A stretch of DNA of 64,000 nt. Origin: Tubulanus polymorphus. Lineage: Eukaryota > Animalia > Nemertea. The position numbers and the translations under genes are program-made. The stretch is from assembly GCF_964204645.1 (NCBI RefSeq), contig NC_134028.1:18731653-18795652 (forward strand), given 5' to 3'. Of the stretch, positions 12,776-25,996 are shown one piece after another. Each line of letters opens with the position of its first letter. Position 1 is the first letter of the stretch. Below the pieces are notes generated by a model. It ran no database searches. It was not told the DNA's origin and saw nothing but the letters and a program-made list of their open reading frames with translations.

Positions 12776-14912
12776 TTTTAGCCCACTTGGGACTTTAGTC
12801 CCAGTGGGCCATTGCGTTCACTTTTCGTCCGTCCGTCCGTAGACGGAATCCAGTTATTTTGGGAAGTTTTGAAGACGCTTGAAGGTAATGTCTTGATATT
12901 TGGGTTACGCACAGAGATGCTAGTTTTCCGGAAATATCCGGAATTCCGGAAATTTAGGATCGCCGATGTAAATTCCGGAAATTGGGTGAGAATTCCTCGC
13001 GGCGACCAGTAATGGCACGGACCGTAAAAGCATTTGTTTGCTTGTACTCGTCGTCGCTTCTGTGTTATTTTATCTTGGTCTCTGTTTCCGAGGACGTTCT
13101 GCTACAATGTATATATGTGTGCTTGTTGTGGTATCTGTACGTGCGTAGGCGGAGCGCCACTGTTGTGACGCCATTTCCAAATAAAAGTCAATTATCTTTA
13201 CGCGCCATTGTACATCGTCCCGCTGATGGCCAACAATGTGAAGATGCACATGGTACTAATTAAGATGATATCTAATAAATATCATCTTAATTATAACCAC
13301 ATGCGTGCTTTGTCCTGAGGCACGCAGCTTTGAAACTTTCTTTTTGCCTGCAGCTGTCAAGCGGGACGGTCTGCAAAATGAGCCCGCACGGAAAGATTGT
13401 CAGTCGGGAGTCGGCCGATGTAAAGGCAATTGACAGCGGTATAAAAAATAAATTTAACTGGCACTGGCTAGAGTGTAAGGACAGTAACGGGGACTACTTA
13501 TCGAACTACATTCGTAAGTTAGACTTAGCTGGCGTGGCGTACTGCGTCGTTTGTAAAGACCAGGTCAAATACGGTAGTGGCGGGAAAAAAGATATTCTTC
13601 GTCACCCGGATAGCGCGCGGCATAAGCAGCGAGGGATGTGAAGCACAACGAATGCCTGCCATCGTATTTTCAGATACCCAGGTCGCTCTAGAACGCATTT
13701 CCGGCGATGCAAAAACGCAAAAAGACCCCCGTTCTATATTCCGGAATTTTGGTACTTTGGCCCTAGCATCTCTGTACGCATGTATCTACCCTAGACACAT
13801 CTTCAGCCCAAAAACTGGCCCTGTCAGAATCAAGATGGCCGACTGGCAGCCATTGTTGTTTGTCAAAATCAGCACTTTTTACACATTTTTGAACTTTTTG
13901 AGGGAAATTTTGAAGACGCTTTGATCAATTACTTGATCTTTCGGATATATGTGAATCCCCCCAGGGCCCATCAACATAACAAAAATTGGGTCGGTCGGAC
14001 TCAAGATGGCCGTCCTATGACCTTTTTTGTGCCCAAAAATGTTAATTTTGGCCCAAATTCTGAGTCCTGTAGCTTCTTACTGGTTTGCCATTTCTCATTA
14101 CAATTTGTGATGGGTATTCTTTGGGAAGGGATGTTTTATACCTGAGACAGGTATTTTTCATCAGCCAATTATGACGCAATTGGCGGCCATCTTGGTGTCA
14201 CCAGTACTCATTCGTAAGTGGGAAAAAGTTTTTTTCCACATTATATTGATACCTAAGCGTATTTTGCTACCACAATCAATTAGAAAGTTGTAGCTCATAA
14301 CGTGTTCTATGATTGTGGTGAGTTTCAAGGTAATTGGATTTCGTATATGGCCACCAGGGGGCGTTGAATAATACAATATCTTAGCATTTCTTTATTATAT
14401 TCGTACCTATGCATATTTTGTAACCACAATCAATTGGAAAGTTGTAGCTCATGACATCATCTATGATTGTTGCGAGTTTTAAGGAGTCTTAAGTAATAAG
14501 TTTTTCTATATGGTCACCAGGGGGCGTTGAATAGTAGAATAACTTAGTATTTCCTTATTATATTGGTACCTAGGCATATTTTGTTACCATGATCTATTGC
14601 AAAGTTGTAGTTCATGACATGTTCTATGACTGTGGTGAGTTTCGAGGTCATTGGGTTTTGAATATGGTCACCAGGGGGCGTTGAATAGCAGAATGACTTA
14701 GTATTTCCATATTAAATTGGTAACGAGGCATATTTTGTTATCACAATCAATTACAAAATCGTAGCTGTTGACATGTTCTATGATTGTGGTGAGTTTCAAG
14801 GTCATTGGTTTTTGTAAATGGTCACCAGGGGGTGTTGAATGTTGAAATTGTTAGATTGTTGAGCATTTTAAACCACTTCCCAAGTGGGCATGGTGTCCCT
14901 GGACCCCTAGTT
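12776..14912 (+). mobile_element. Helentron-associated non-autonomous element (HINE/DINE-1-like), family A, full length, with nested hAT element
   Basis: 5' T-run plus subTIR GCCCACTTGGG, inverted repeat CCCAGTGGGC and (GTCC)n microsatellite; central ~155-bp tandem units (4 CACCAGGGGG motifs); 3' subTIR CCCAAGTGGGC, hairpin and CTAG-TT. Confidence 0.85.
12912..13774 (+). mobile_element. Non-autonomous hAT-like DNA transposon, copy B (nested in HINE)
   Basis: Same 12-bp TIRs as copy A, flanked by direct repeat TACGCA; same transposase N-terminal remnant (ORF 13330..13641). Confidence 0.88.
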
Positions 14913-16008
14913 GAAAATGTTTTCAATAAAGTTTGAATATGTAAAACAACCATTTTTCGTCTTCTCCGTGAAGTTTTTGCTGTGGCTGTTATTCATCTGC
15001 TTTTAAGAGGTATTCACTGATATGCAGTTTGAAACTGGAGTGGTTGGTTAGAGCATCAAACATAAACCTCAAAGGAATTACAAGCGAAAAGTTTTAGCTC
15101 ATGTGGATCTTATAATAAGAGAAAATAAGCCCAGAAAACAAGCATATTTTAGAATTAAGTCAGTATTGAATTCTAAATTTCATTTCAGCACAAGTGGTGA
15201 CATATATATTTGTTATACATGTAAATGTAATTAATACGTTTAAAAACATTGATCCAGCCTGCCCAGTGAGGTGTGACCTGTTCCTTTTCCCAAATTGGAA
15301 CTTCGGATTATCTCGACGAAGTCTCAAGGTCCATGGACTTCTTGTTATTATAATCATTATTATAATTTTTATTATAGTTAATATAAAAGAACCGCACTTT
15401 AGATGGCAGCACATTATAAAAAACTTTTGGCTTCATAATTTGTTTACAAACCATATGAGAACCGCCAACCTATGCGTTGCCCTGTGCGTTTTGCCTGTCA
15501 GAGATATCGTTCCAGAGATATAGAAAATTGTATTTCTCATTGTCATATTCTCTTTATGATATTTTACACTTCAATAAGATCGCCGATTTCTTCTTAATGC
15601 TAAGGTTTGGTTGCACGATGCTGGACTCATATATTTCATCCTGAAAAATGACCACACTGTGTTTGCAATCAGGTTTCAATCGAACAACTTAACGTCAAAA
15701 TGTTCTTCAGTGCAATCATTGAGTTTGCCTTTTCACTTTGTCGAAGTTATACTTTTCAAAACTTATGTCCAAGGTCTATTATAATCCTGTTTCCCTTTTC
15801 CAATAAGGATATTGGGTGAACCAAGGGGAACAGGATTTTCAGTTGATTTCAAATTCCCAAATGGATTCTGACATTTTATGCCAATGCATAAGGCAATGGG
15901 TTGTAAACCTTATGCAACTCCACTTTCATATCCAGAAGAAACAAATTCGACAAGTTCTTCCAAACACATAACGTACATATAGCTATTTTCTTGAATTTCT
16001 TATTGCAG

Positions 16009-16109
16009 GTTTCTTGTCCAGATGAGGAGATTTTACTATCGCCTAGAGATGATACAGCCGTGTTTGATGATGGCACAACTTCTCAAAAAGAATTCAAAGA
16101 TAATCCAGA
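16009..16109 (+). CDS. DCTN4: Dynactin subunit 4, internal exon
   Basis: VSCPDEEILLSPRDDTAVFDDGTTSQKEFKDNP(D) versus DCTN4 VVVPPKELVLAGKDAAAEYD...FQDDPD; CAG/GTGAGT. Confidence 0.9.
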
Positions 16110-16888
16110 GTGAGTTAAAATTTAAAATCCTCTAAGTAGAAGATCTTCCAGCTGAAGAATATTACTGATACCTTGTTTCTCCTAATCGGCCGTATGGTTC
16201 TGTAGAATGCAATGAGATTTTTGATAAGTTCATTTCTAAAGCTGGTGGGTCTGTTGTGGTGAAATTTAAGTTATGAACAAGGTAGATAGGCGGCTGGCCG
16301 GGTCAACTTTTTAAGCTTAGCAGAAAAGAAAAACCAGGTACCAATATTTTCAGCCTTATCATTGCCTTAGTATTCGTCGGGTAGGACCAGTAACATCAAT
16401 GGTTACGTCATGCCCTTCTCATATGTTAAGCCATTTCCATGCGCACATACTTTATGACGATGCTTCATAGTTTTGGAAAAAATTTCCAATGGTTGTAATT
16501 TTAAGAGATTTTAACTTACAGTTTTCGTAATAAATAATTGTTAAAACTGTCATGGGCCACAAATTAGTATTACCCAGTCCATTGTTGTCGCAACCAAGGA
16601 GTTGAATATTGAAATATACTGAATATTTGTAGTGTTTGACATGTTATACCATATTTCAGGGTCATTGTTTTTTGTATGTTTACCAGGGGGCATTGACTAA
16701 TGAAATTGTCAGATTGTAAAGGATTTTACAACCACTTCCCAAGGGGCATGGCATCTCAAAACCCCCCATTTTAAATTGACCTCAATGCAATAATTATATT
16801 TGTTGTGATCACCTTTTGCATATTACTATACTTAATTACAATCATAGATAGATACTGTACATGTACCATTAAGTTATTGTCTTTTCAG

Positions 16889-16967
16889 TACAATATTGTT
16901 CCGGAAAGCAAATAAAGTCGGATTCTTTGTGAAAGTTACCCCGCAGAAAGCTTTGGGAGATATCAAG
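16889..16967 (+). CDS. DCTN4: Dynactin subunit 4, penultimate exon
   Basis: [26 protein letters not shown] versus DCTN4 [25 protein letters not shown]. Confidence 0.95.
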
Positions 16968-17254
16968 GTATACTTAACTTCAATTTTAAAAGCTTGTATG
17001 ATTTTATTTAGAATAGTGGAGGTTTTCGAGTTTCTCATTCAGCACAGCTTCACGGCTTGTAATAAATAAACATTATTGAGCCAATAAAAGCATCTTTAAA
17101 AAACCGTAATTATAAACATTCAAGTAGTTGAAATACCAATCTTATGTTGATTAAGCATAACTAGTCACCTGAGACTAAAAGATATATGAAGATATATGAT
17201 ATTACAGAGAAATTTTCTTCACTTTTACTTATCTATTTACGTGTCTATTTTCAG

Positions 17255-17404
17255 ATATCATTTATGATCAGATACAACCATCACAATATGGTAAATCCCA
17301 TACCTGCAAAAGATGCTGAAGTACCCATTGAACCAGTGGTTACATGGATGGAACATCCAGTCTATATTAACCTTGGCCCATTGTCTACGAGTCCGATTTC
17401 ATAG
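17255..17404 (+). CDS. DCTN4: Dynactin subunit 4, last coding exon
   Basis: ISFMIRYNHHNM...VTWMEHPVYINLGPLSTSPIS* versus the DCTN4 C-terminus VCFKMKHDFKNL...VIWLTQHVELSLGPLLP*. Confidence 0.92.
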   Translation: MSFMIRYNHHNMVNPIPAKDAEVPIEPVVTWMEHPVYINLGPLSTSPIS

Positions 17405-18280
17405 ATATTTCTTTTCACTTTGACGTACCGGTAGTAAGCATTTGCTTGTGATCAATCAAATTGACTGTTTACACTCGTGTGTTCATACAAGGTTGTATGG
17501 TTTACATGCTTAAACTTGCTGTCTAGCAAAATGTGTTGCGTGTTGAGAAAAAAATTTGCTAGGCTCCCAAAGGCTGGGTACCCCTTAATAATTTCTAAAT
17601 ATTGTTTCGTCGCATGAATGTTCATAGTCTAGATCTTACATATGTGTATAGGGGATCCTATTCAGATTTTATGCAAGAGCAATAGTAGATTGTAGTATGA
17701 AAGGAGTTCTTGTAAGTTCATGGAGCCTTTTAGCTGGAAAGATCTAGTACACACCAGACTTGATTTGAGTGATATGGAAATGAGACATTAAGGGCGTAAT
17801 GAGGATAAGGATTACACTTGAGGCAAGTTAGAATCCACAATGTGCAACTGCACATGAATAGGTTCAATTAGAATCTATGGATAATTTTGCTATGCTTATT
17901 GTGATATAATGTTGTTGAGCCTGGCCTAAAGCAGTAAAGAACAGTAAAAACAGATTGTCCAGACTTTGCCCATTAAATAGTTATTATATGAGGGGGTGGG
18001 TACATGTATACTATTACGGTATTTGTCAATTCTTTTGGTGCTCATATTTTTCCTCTTTGAAGATTTACTGTTGAAAAGTTGCTGCTTCAATAAATCAATA
18101 AAACATGGTGTCAGTAGATCAGGAGTTATCTTTTGCCTGTGAATCATTTGCATTGTCCATAGATATGAAAAACCTAGCCTAGTTGTCGCTCTCGCAGCAT
18201 ATCAATAGAAGTCCTTTCCAAAAAATTCCCAAATTTTGGAAGCTTAGGTCTGGAACTTATTCACTGCATCAGTTGTTTAT

Positions 18281-19019
18281 AGACGTTCACACGACGAAAT
18301 TTAGACCGGTCTAAATTTGGTCCGAACCAATTTAGACCGGACCAAGCGTTCACACGGGCAAAAATACCGTTCCAAATTAGTTAGTTAGACCGGTCTAATT
18401 TGGCACGGTCTAAAAGGGCGAACCAGGTCCGGACCAAATTTTGGACCGGTCTAAATATGTGTGTGTGGACAGAAACTGGTACCAGGTCTAAATCGTAATT
18501 CTGAATCTCTGCGGTATAGATGTCGCGACCTCTGCGGCAGAGTGTGAGTCCAGTTTATTAAGTTTTAAATACTTTTATTACCGTTTATATAATTATTCTT
18601 AAGAACTGTTTTTCCTCCCTATACTATGGAAATGTTTGGAGCGTAATTCGTATTCGTATATCCCGATCATCATCCGTCTTACGGCCGTGCTTTGAATCGT
18701 GTTTAAACGACACTTAGAGTTTCAGCGTGATAGAATAAAATGGAATTCGCAAAAATGTCTGAACCTGACAAGAGGATCGAATTGGTCAAATGAAGAATGT
18801 CTTGCTATACTTCGAATCTGGAAGCAAGACTTCACCCAGACGCAATTGATTATTTAGCAGATGGTGACATCTTGTGGGCCCGGTGACCAGCGATTTTATC
18901 ACCGCGTTTCAAAACGCCGTGTGAACGCTCACCAAAATTTGGTCCACTCTAAATTTGGACCGGACCAGGTACGGACCCATTTAGACCGGTCTAACTAGAT
19001 GTCGTGTGAACGCGGCTTA
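18281..19019 (+). mobile_element. PIF/Harbinger-derived non-autonomous element
   Basis: TIR CGTTCACACGAC...GTCGTGTGAACG(CGGCTTA); many TTAGACCGGTCTAA palindromes near both ends; internal Myb/SANT-like remnant RGSNWSNEECLAILRIWKQDFTQTQL at ~18772-18850. Confidence 0.75.
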
Positions 19020-19100
19020 TGATGAACACTTCATGAAAAGACTTCTTAGATACATCATAGTTTCTTTGAAAATTCAACATCTTTCGCAATGTTTTACACA

Positions 19101-19562
19101 TCTTTTACACACTTTTATATTTATTGCAATTTAATTGATAATACAAAAACTTTTATAACTGAAAAAGTTACAATTTGTAATTCTAGTATTCTGAATATTT
19201 TACCATTAAAAATGTAAAACCAATTGGAACACAGATAAGTTATAATTCATGAGAATGTGATTTTAAACCTTGTATTCAACAATTTGATAATTCTAAATTA
19301 GAAATAAGAAATCATGATGGATATTTAATTGATTTAAATAATTTCCCTGTAATTCATGAATTAATTATAAGATGTAATGAGTAATTTTTTTGTAATATAA
19401 ATATGAATATAAGTGTTGGACCGAGTATATGTTTTGGATTTGATTTTAAACATGAGAAAGAAATGAAACTCATATTAAAAATACTACATTTGATTATGAA
19501 TCAATAATAAATAAAGAAACTTATAATGTAGAAAAAATTTGATTTAATTAGAAATTCTTTGA
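19101..19562 (+). pseudogene. Relict Maverick copy, piece 1 (penton 3' half and start of next ORF)
   Basis: Colinear similarity to 48588-49083 (CTTTTACACACTTTTATATTTATTGCAATTTA; GTTGGACCGAGTATATGTTTTGG). Confidence 0.85.
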
Positions 19563-20456
19563 ATAATAATACTATACAAATGGAGCGAATTTAAATGACA
19601 TGGTTTCCAGAGTAAAGGTTCTTTGTACAACTGAGCATATATTCATGCAAATCATTCATTAGAGCATTATCCATTCTCCAACCCCTTTGAAGTTGAATTT
19701 TGAAAGAGGGCCTAAAATTTATATTTTTTCCTAGTTTATATTTATAGCTTTTTCCGCGAAAGTCTGATCGCAAAAATATCTGTATTAAAAAGCCAATCAG
19801 AAAGCAAAGACTCCTATATGATTGGCTTAGCCGCAGAGATCAGTAGGTGTTCACGTGAACCCGGGGTTTTGTCTACCGTTTTACTTCCGGGTTTTATTTT
19901 AAGATCTAAATTTGCATTTCAATAACGATTTTTGTGAAATCTTTAGTTGATTTGGTTTTTTAGGAGGAATAATTTTATTTGCACTACAGAAAATATCATT
20001 GATAATTGTGCAAAGTCCGGGAAAAATAGCTTTTTCTCAAATCGGATGGATGACCTCGATATGCTAATCAGCAATGTGCTCAAATCGCAAATTCAATCAA
20101 ATTTTATTCTGCAAAAAGATCCAATTCAATTTTACTTTAATGAACAAGGTTAAATAAACAACAAACCCAATTCAATTTCGTTTTATGGAGCAAATTTCAG
20201 AAAATTCAATTCTATTCCGCATTCAAATCAATAAGACCAAGGGAAAAGATTTATCTAAGGTATTTGTTCCTGCCAGCTCCAGTCGCTGTCTGTGCTATTA
20301 ATGAAAGCACGATTGAATTGCGTAAATTATTAGCCTGGGATTGACTATAGTCTATCGAGCTGGGAGTGTATTTGGACAAATTTAACCCACAGAATGCATC
20401 ATATGCCATTTTATGAAAAGCTTACAGGCTGGCCATAGTGCTCCTTGGGGCTCTTG

Positions 20457-20563
20457 TTATGAATTAGATGAATATTTTATTATTGATGATATCAAAACCA
20501 TTATAACTGAAATATGTGAAAATGAAACTAATAATATTATAAATGTTGAAATAATAATAACTA
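20457..20563 (+). pseudogene. Relict Maverick copy, piece 2
   Basis: TTATGAATTAGATGAATATTTTATT...AATGAAACTA resumes where piece 1 stops, matching 49086-49195. Confidence 0.8.
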
Positions 20564-20614
20564 AATATAGCTGCAAAGCAGCGATAACGGGTTTTCTGCA
20601 CAGTCTTAGAATCC

Positions 20615-20865
20615 TGTTCAACGGTGGATTTCGACAAAGCATTTGATAAGGCTCAACATCGGCCATTACTAAAGAGGCTATTAGGAAACAGTATCAATGA
20701 TAGGTCGTTTAAATGGCTCAGCAGTTATCTCTGAACGGAAACTTGTAACCGAAATCAACGGAACGCCTCCTCTTGGAATGAGACGGTCTAACTAGTGGAG
20801 TCACGCAAGGTAGTATCCTAAGTCGTCTTCTGTTTAATGTCCTGACAAATGACATACACAGTAAT
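20615..20865 (+). mobile_element. LINE reverse transcriptase fragment
   Basis: Degenerate VDFDKAFDK, WLSSYL and SGVTQGSILSRLLFNVLTND motifs. Confidence 0.7.
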
Positions 20866-21240
20866 CCAAAATATACCAGACCGAGTAAATTTCCTAAACG
20901 ACCTTAACACACTGTTCGACCAAAAAACTTAATGTTCCGACAAAACCACGGGGACAAAACCAAAATTATGAATTGTCGCGGGTGACAAAACCAAAATATT
21001 GAATTGTCACGGGCGACAAAACAAAAATAATGAATTGTCGCGGGCGATAAAACCAAAATAATGAATTGTCGCGGGCGATAAAACCACAATAATAAATTGT
21101 CGCGGGCGTTAAAACCAAAATATTGAATTGTCGCGGCGATAAAACCAAAATAATGAATTGTCGCGGACGACAAAAACAAAATATTGAATTGTTGCGTGCG
21201 ACAAAACCAGAATAATGAATTGTCGCGGGAGACAAAGCCA

Positions 21241-22657
21241 AACTAGGGGTCCAGGGACACCATGCTCACTTGGGAAGTGTTTCAAATGCTCAACAATCTA
21301 ACAATTTCAATACATAACGCCCTCTAGTGACCATATACAAAAACCAATGACCTTGAAACCCACCACAATCATAGAACATTTGAGCAGCTATGATTTTGTA
21401 ATTGATTGTGATAACAAAATATGCCTCGTTACCAATTTAATATGGAAATACTAGGTTATTCTACTATTCAACGCCCCTGGTGACCATATGCAAAACCCAA
21501 TGACCTTAAAACTCACCACAATCGTAGTACATGTCATGAAATACAACTTTGCAATTGATCATAGTAACAAAATATGCCTAGGTACCAATCTAATAAGGAA
21601 ATACTAAGCCATTCTACTATTCAACGCCCCCTGGTGACTATATGGAATAACTAATGTCCTTAAAAACTCACCACAATCATAGATGATGTCATGATCTACA
21701 ACTTTGCAATGGATCATGGTAACAAAATATGCCTAGGTACCAATCTAATAAGGAAATACTAAGCCATTCTACTATTCAACGCCCCCTGGTGACTATATGG
21801 AATAACTAATGTACTTAAAAACTCACCACAATCATAGACGATGTCATGAACTACAACTTCGCAATTGATCATGGTAACAAAATATGCCTTGGTACAAATA
21901 TAATATAGCAATACTAAGTTATTGTATTATTCAACGCCCCCTGATGGCCACATACTAAAACCAAAGACCTTGAAACTCACCAAAATCATAGAACACGTTA
22001 TGGGCTACAACTTTCCAATTGAATATAGTAACACAATATGCTTAGGTATCAATTTAATGTGGAAAAACTTTTTCCCACCTACGAATGAGTACTGATGACA
22101 CCAAGATGACCGTCAATTGCGTCATAATAGGCTGATCAAAAATACCTGTCCCAGGTATAAAAAATCCCTCTCTAAAGAATACCCATCAGCAATTGCAATG
22201 AGAAATGGCAAACCAGTAGGAAGCTACAGGACCTAGAATTCTGGCCAAAATTTACATTTTTGGGCACTAAAAAGGTCATAGGACGGCTATCTTGAGTCAG
22301 ATCGACCCAATTTTATTATGCTGATGGGCCTTTGGTAGATTCAAATATAAACGAAAGATCAAGGTAATTGATCGAAGCGTCTTCAAAATTTCCCACGAAA
22401 ACTTCGAAAATGTTTAAAAATTGCTGATTTTGGCAAACAACAATGGCTGCCAGTCGGCCATCTTGAATCTGACAGGGCCAGTTTTTGGGCTGACGATGTG
22501 TCTAGGGTAGATACATGTATAAACCAAATATCAAGACATTACCTTGAAGCGTCTTCAAAACTTCCCAAAATAACTGGATTCCGTCTATGGACGGACGGAG
22601 GGACGAAAAGTGAACACAATAGCCCGCTGGGACTAAAGCCCCAAGTGGACTGAAAAA
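21241..22657 (-). mobile_element. HINE family A copy (minus), 5 central repeat motifs
   Basis: Reverse complement of 12776-14912 without the hAT insert; AA-CTAG end at 21241-21246, subTIR and (GGAC)n near 22590-22657. Confidence 0.88.
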
Positions 22658-24440
22658 GAATTGTCACGGGCGACAATACCAAACTAATGAATTGTCGCGG
22701 GTGATAAAACCAAAATATTGAATTGTCGCGGGCGACAAAACCAAACTAATGAATTGTCGCGGGCGATAAAACCAAACTAATGAATTGTCGCGGGCGATAA
22801 AACCAAAATATTGAATTGTCGCGGGCAATAAAACCAAAATAATGAATTGTCATGGGCGATAAAACCAAAATAATGAATTGTCGCGGGCGACAAAACCAAA
22901 ATAATGAATTGTCGTGGGCGATAAAACCAAAATAATGAATTGTCTCGGGCAACAAAACCAAAATAATGAATTGTCGCAGACGATAAAAACAAAATATTGA
23001 ATTGTCGCGGGCGATAAAACCAAAATAATGAATTGTCGCGGGCGATAAAACCAAAAAGAAGAATTGTCGTGGGCGACAAAACCAAAATAATGAATTGTCG
23101 CTGGAGATAAAACCGAAGTAATGAATTGTCGAGGGCGATAAAACCAAAATATTGATTGTCGCGGGCGACAAAACCAAACTAATGAATTGTCGTGGGCGAC
23201 AAAACCAAAAAAAGAATTGTCGGGGCGACAAAACCAAAATAATGAATTGTGGCGGACGACAAAACCAAAATGGTGAATTGTCCAGGCGACAAAACCAAAA
23301 TAATGAATTGTCGCCGGCGATAAAACCAAAATAATGAATTGTCGCGGGCGACAAAACCAAAATATTGAATTGTCGCGGGCGACAAAACCAAAATATTGAA
23401 TTGTCGCGGGCGACAAAACCAAACTAATGAATTGTCGCGGGCGACAAAACCAAAAAAAGAATTGTCGAGGCGACAAAACCAAATTAATGAATTGTCGCTG
23501 GAGATAAAACCAAAGTAATGAATTGTCGTGGGCGATAAAACCGAAATATTGATTGTCGCGGGCGACAAAACCAAAGTAATGAATTGTCGCGGGCGACAAA
23601 ACCAAAAAAAGAATTGTCGGGGCGACAAAACCAAAATAATGAATTGTCGCAGCAGAAAAACAAATATCTTGAATTGTCCAGGCGACAAAACCAAACTAAT
23701 GAATTGTTGCGGGCGATAAAACCAAAATAATGAATTGTCGCGGGCGATAAGGCCGCAACAAAACAAAAATTGTCGCGGGCGATAAAACCAAAATAATGAA
23801 TTGTCGCGGGCGATAAAACCAAAATAATGAATTGTCGCGGGCGATAAAAACCAAAATATTGAATTGTCATGGGCGACAAAACCAAAATATTGATTTGTCG
23901 CGGGTGACAAAACCAAACTTATGAATTGTCCAAGCGATAAAACCAAAATAATGAATTGTCGCGGGCGACAAAACCAAAATAATGAATTGTCGCTGGCGAT
24001 AAAACCAAAATAATGAATTGTCGCGGGCGACAAAGCCCAAATTATTGTTTTGTCGCGGGTGACAAAACCAAATTAATGAATTGTCGCGGGCGATAAAACC
24101 AAAATAATGAATTGTCGCGGGCGATAAAACCAAAATAACGAATTGTCGCTGGCGATAGAACCAAAATATTGTATTGTCGCGGGCGACAAATCCAAAAAAT
24201 GAATTGTCGCGGCAGAAAAACCAAAATCTTGAATTGTCGCGGGTGACAAAACCAAACTAATGAATTGTTGCGGGCGATAAAACCAAAATAATGAATTGTC
24301 GCGGGCGATAAAACCAAAATAATGAATTGTCGCGGGCGATAAAACCAAAATAATGAATTGTCGCGGGCGATAAAACCAAAATAATGAATTATCGCGGGCG
24401 ATAAAACCAAAATAATGAATTGTCGCAGGCGACAAAACCA

Positions 24441-25545
24441 AACTAGGGGTCCAGGGACACCATGCTCACTTAAGAAGTGGTTTCAAATGCTCAACAATCT
24501 AACAATTTCAATACATAACGCCCTCTAGTGACCATATACAAAAACCAATGACCTTGAAACCCACCACAATCATAGAACATGTCAGCAGCTATGATTTTGT
24601 AATCGATTGTGATAACAAAATATGCCTCGTTACCAATTTAATATGGAAATACTAAGTTATTCTACTATTCAACGCCCCCTGGTGACCATATGCAAAACCC
24701 AATGTCCTTAAAAACTCACCACAATCATAGACGATGTCATGAACTACAACTTTGCAATTGATCATGGTAACAAAATATGCCTTGGTACAAATATAGCAAT
24801 ACTAAGTTATTGTATTATTCAACGCCCCCTGATGGCCACATACAAAAACCAATGACCTTGAAACTCACCAAAATGATAGAACACGTTATGGGCTACAACT
24901 TTCCAATTGAATATAGTAACACAATATGCTTAGGTATCAATTTAATGTGGAAAAACTTTTTCCCACCTACGAATGAGTACTGATGACACCAAGATGGCCG
25001 CCAATTGCGTCATAATTGGCTGATCAAACATACCTGTCCCAGGTATAAAACATCCCTCTCTAAAGAATACCCATCAGCAATTGCAATGAGAAATGGCAAG
25101 CCAGTAGGAAGCTACGTGACCTAGAGTTCTGGCCAAAATTGACATTTTTGGGCACTAAAAAGGTCATAGGACGGCCATCTTGAGTCAGATCGACCCAATT
25201 TTCTTATGCTGATGGGCCTTTGGTAGATTCAAATATAAACGAAAGATCAAGGTAATTGATCAAAGCGTCTTCAAAATTTCCCACGAAGACTTCGAAAATG
25301 TTTAAAAATTGCTGATTTTGGCAAACAACAATGGCTGCCAGTCGGCCATCTTGAATCTGACAGGGCCAGTTTTTGGGCTGACGATGTGTCTAGGGTAGAT
25401 ACATGTATAAACCAAATATCAAGACATTACCTTGAAGCGTCTTCAAAACTTCCCGAAATAACTGGATTCCGTCTATGGACGGACGGACGGACGAAAAGTG
25501 AACGCAATAGCCCGCTGGGACTAAAGTCCCAAGTGGACTGAAAAA
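24441..25545 (-). mobile_element. HINE family A copy (minus), 3 central repeat motifs
   Basis: Nearly identical to 21241-22657 but shorter by about two ~155-bp units. Confidence 0.88.
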
Positions 25546-25996
25546 TAATTATCGCGGGCGATAAAACCAAAATATTGAATTGTCGCGGGCGACAAAACCA
25601 AACTAATGAATTGTCGCGGGCGACAAAACCAAACTAATGAATTGTCGCGGGCGACAAAACCAAACTAATGAATTGTCGCGGGCGATAAAACCAAACTAAT
25701 GAATTGTCGCTGGCGATAAAATAAAAATATTGAATTGTCGCGGGCAATAAAACCAAAATAATGAATCGTCTCGGGCGACAAAAACAAAATATTGAATCGT
25801 CGCGGGCGTCAAAATCAAAATAATGAATTGTCGCGGGCGACGAAACCAAAATAATGAATTGTCGCGGGCGATAAAACCAAAATAATGAATGGTCTCGGGC
25901 GACAAAACCAAAATAATGAATTGTCGCGGGCGATAAAACCAAAATAATGAATTATCGCGGGCGATAAAACCAAAATATTGAATTGTCGCGGGCAAT

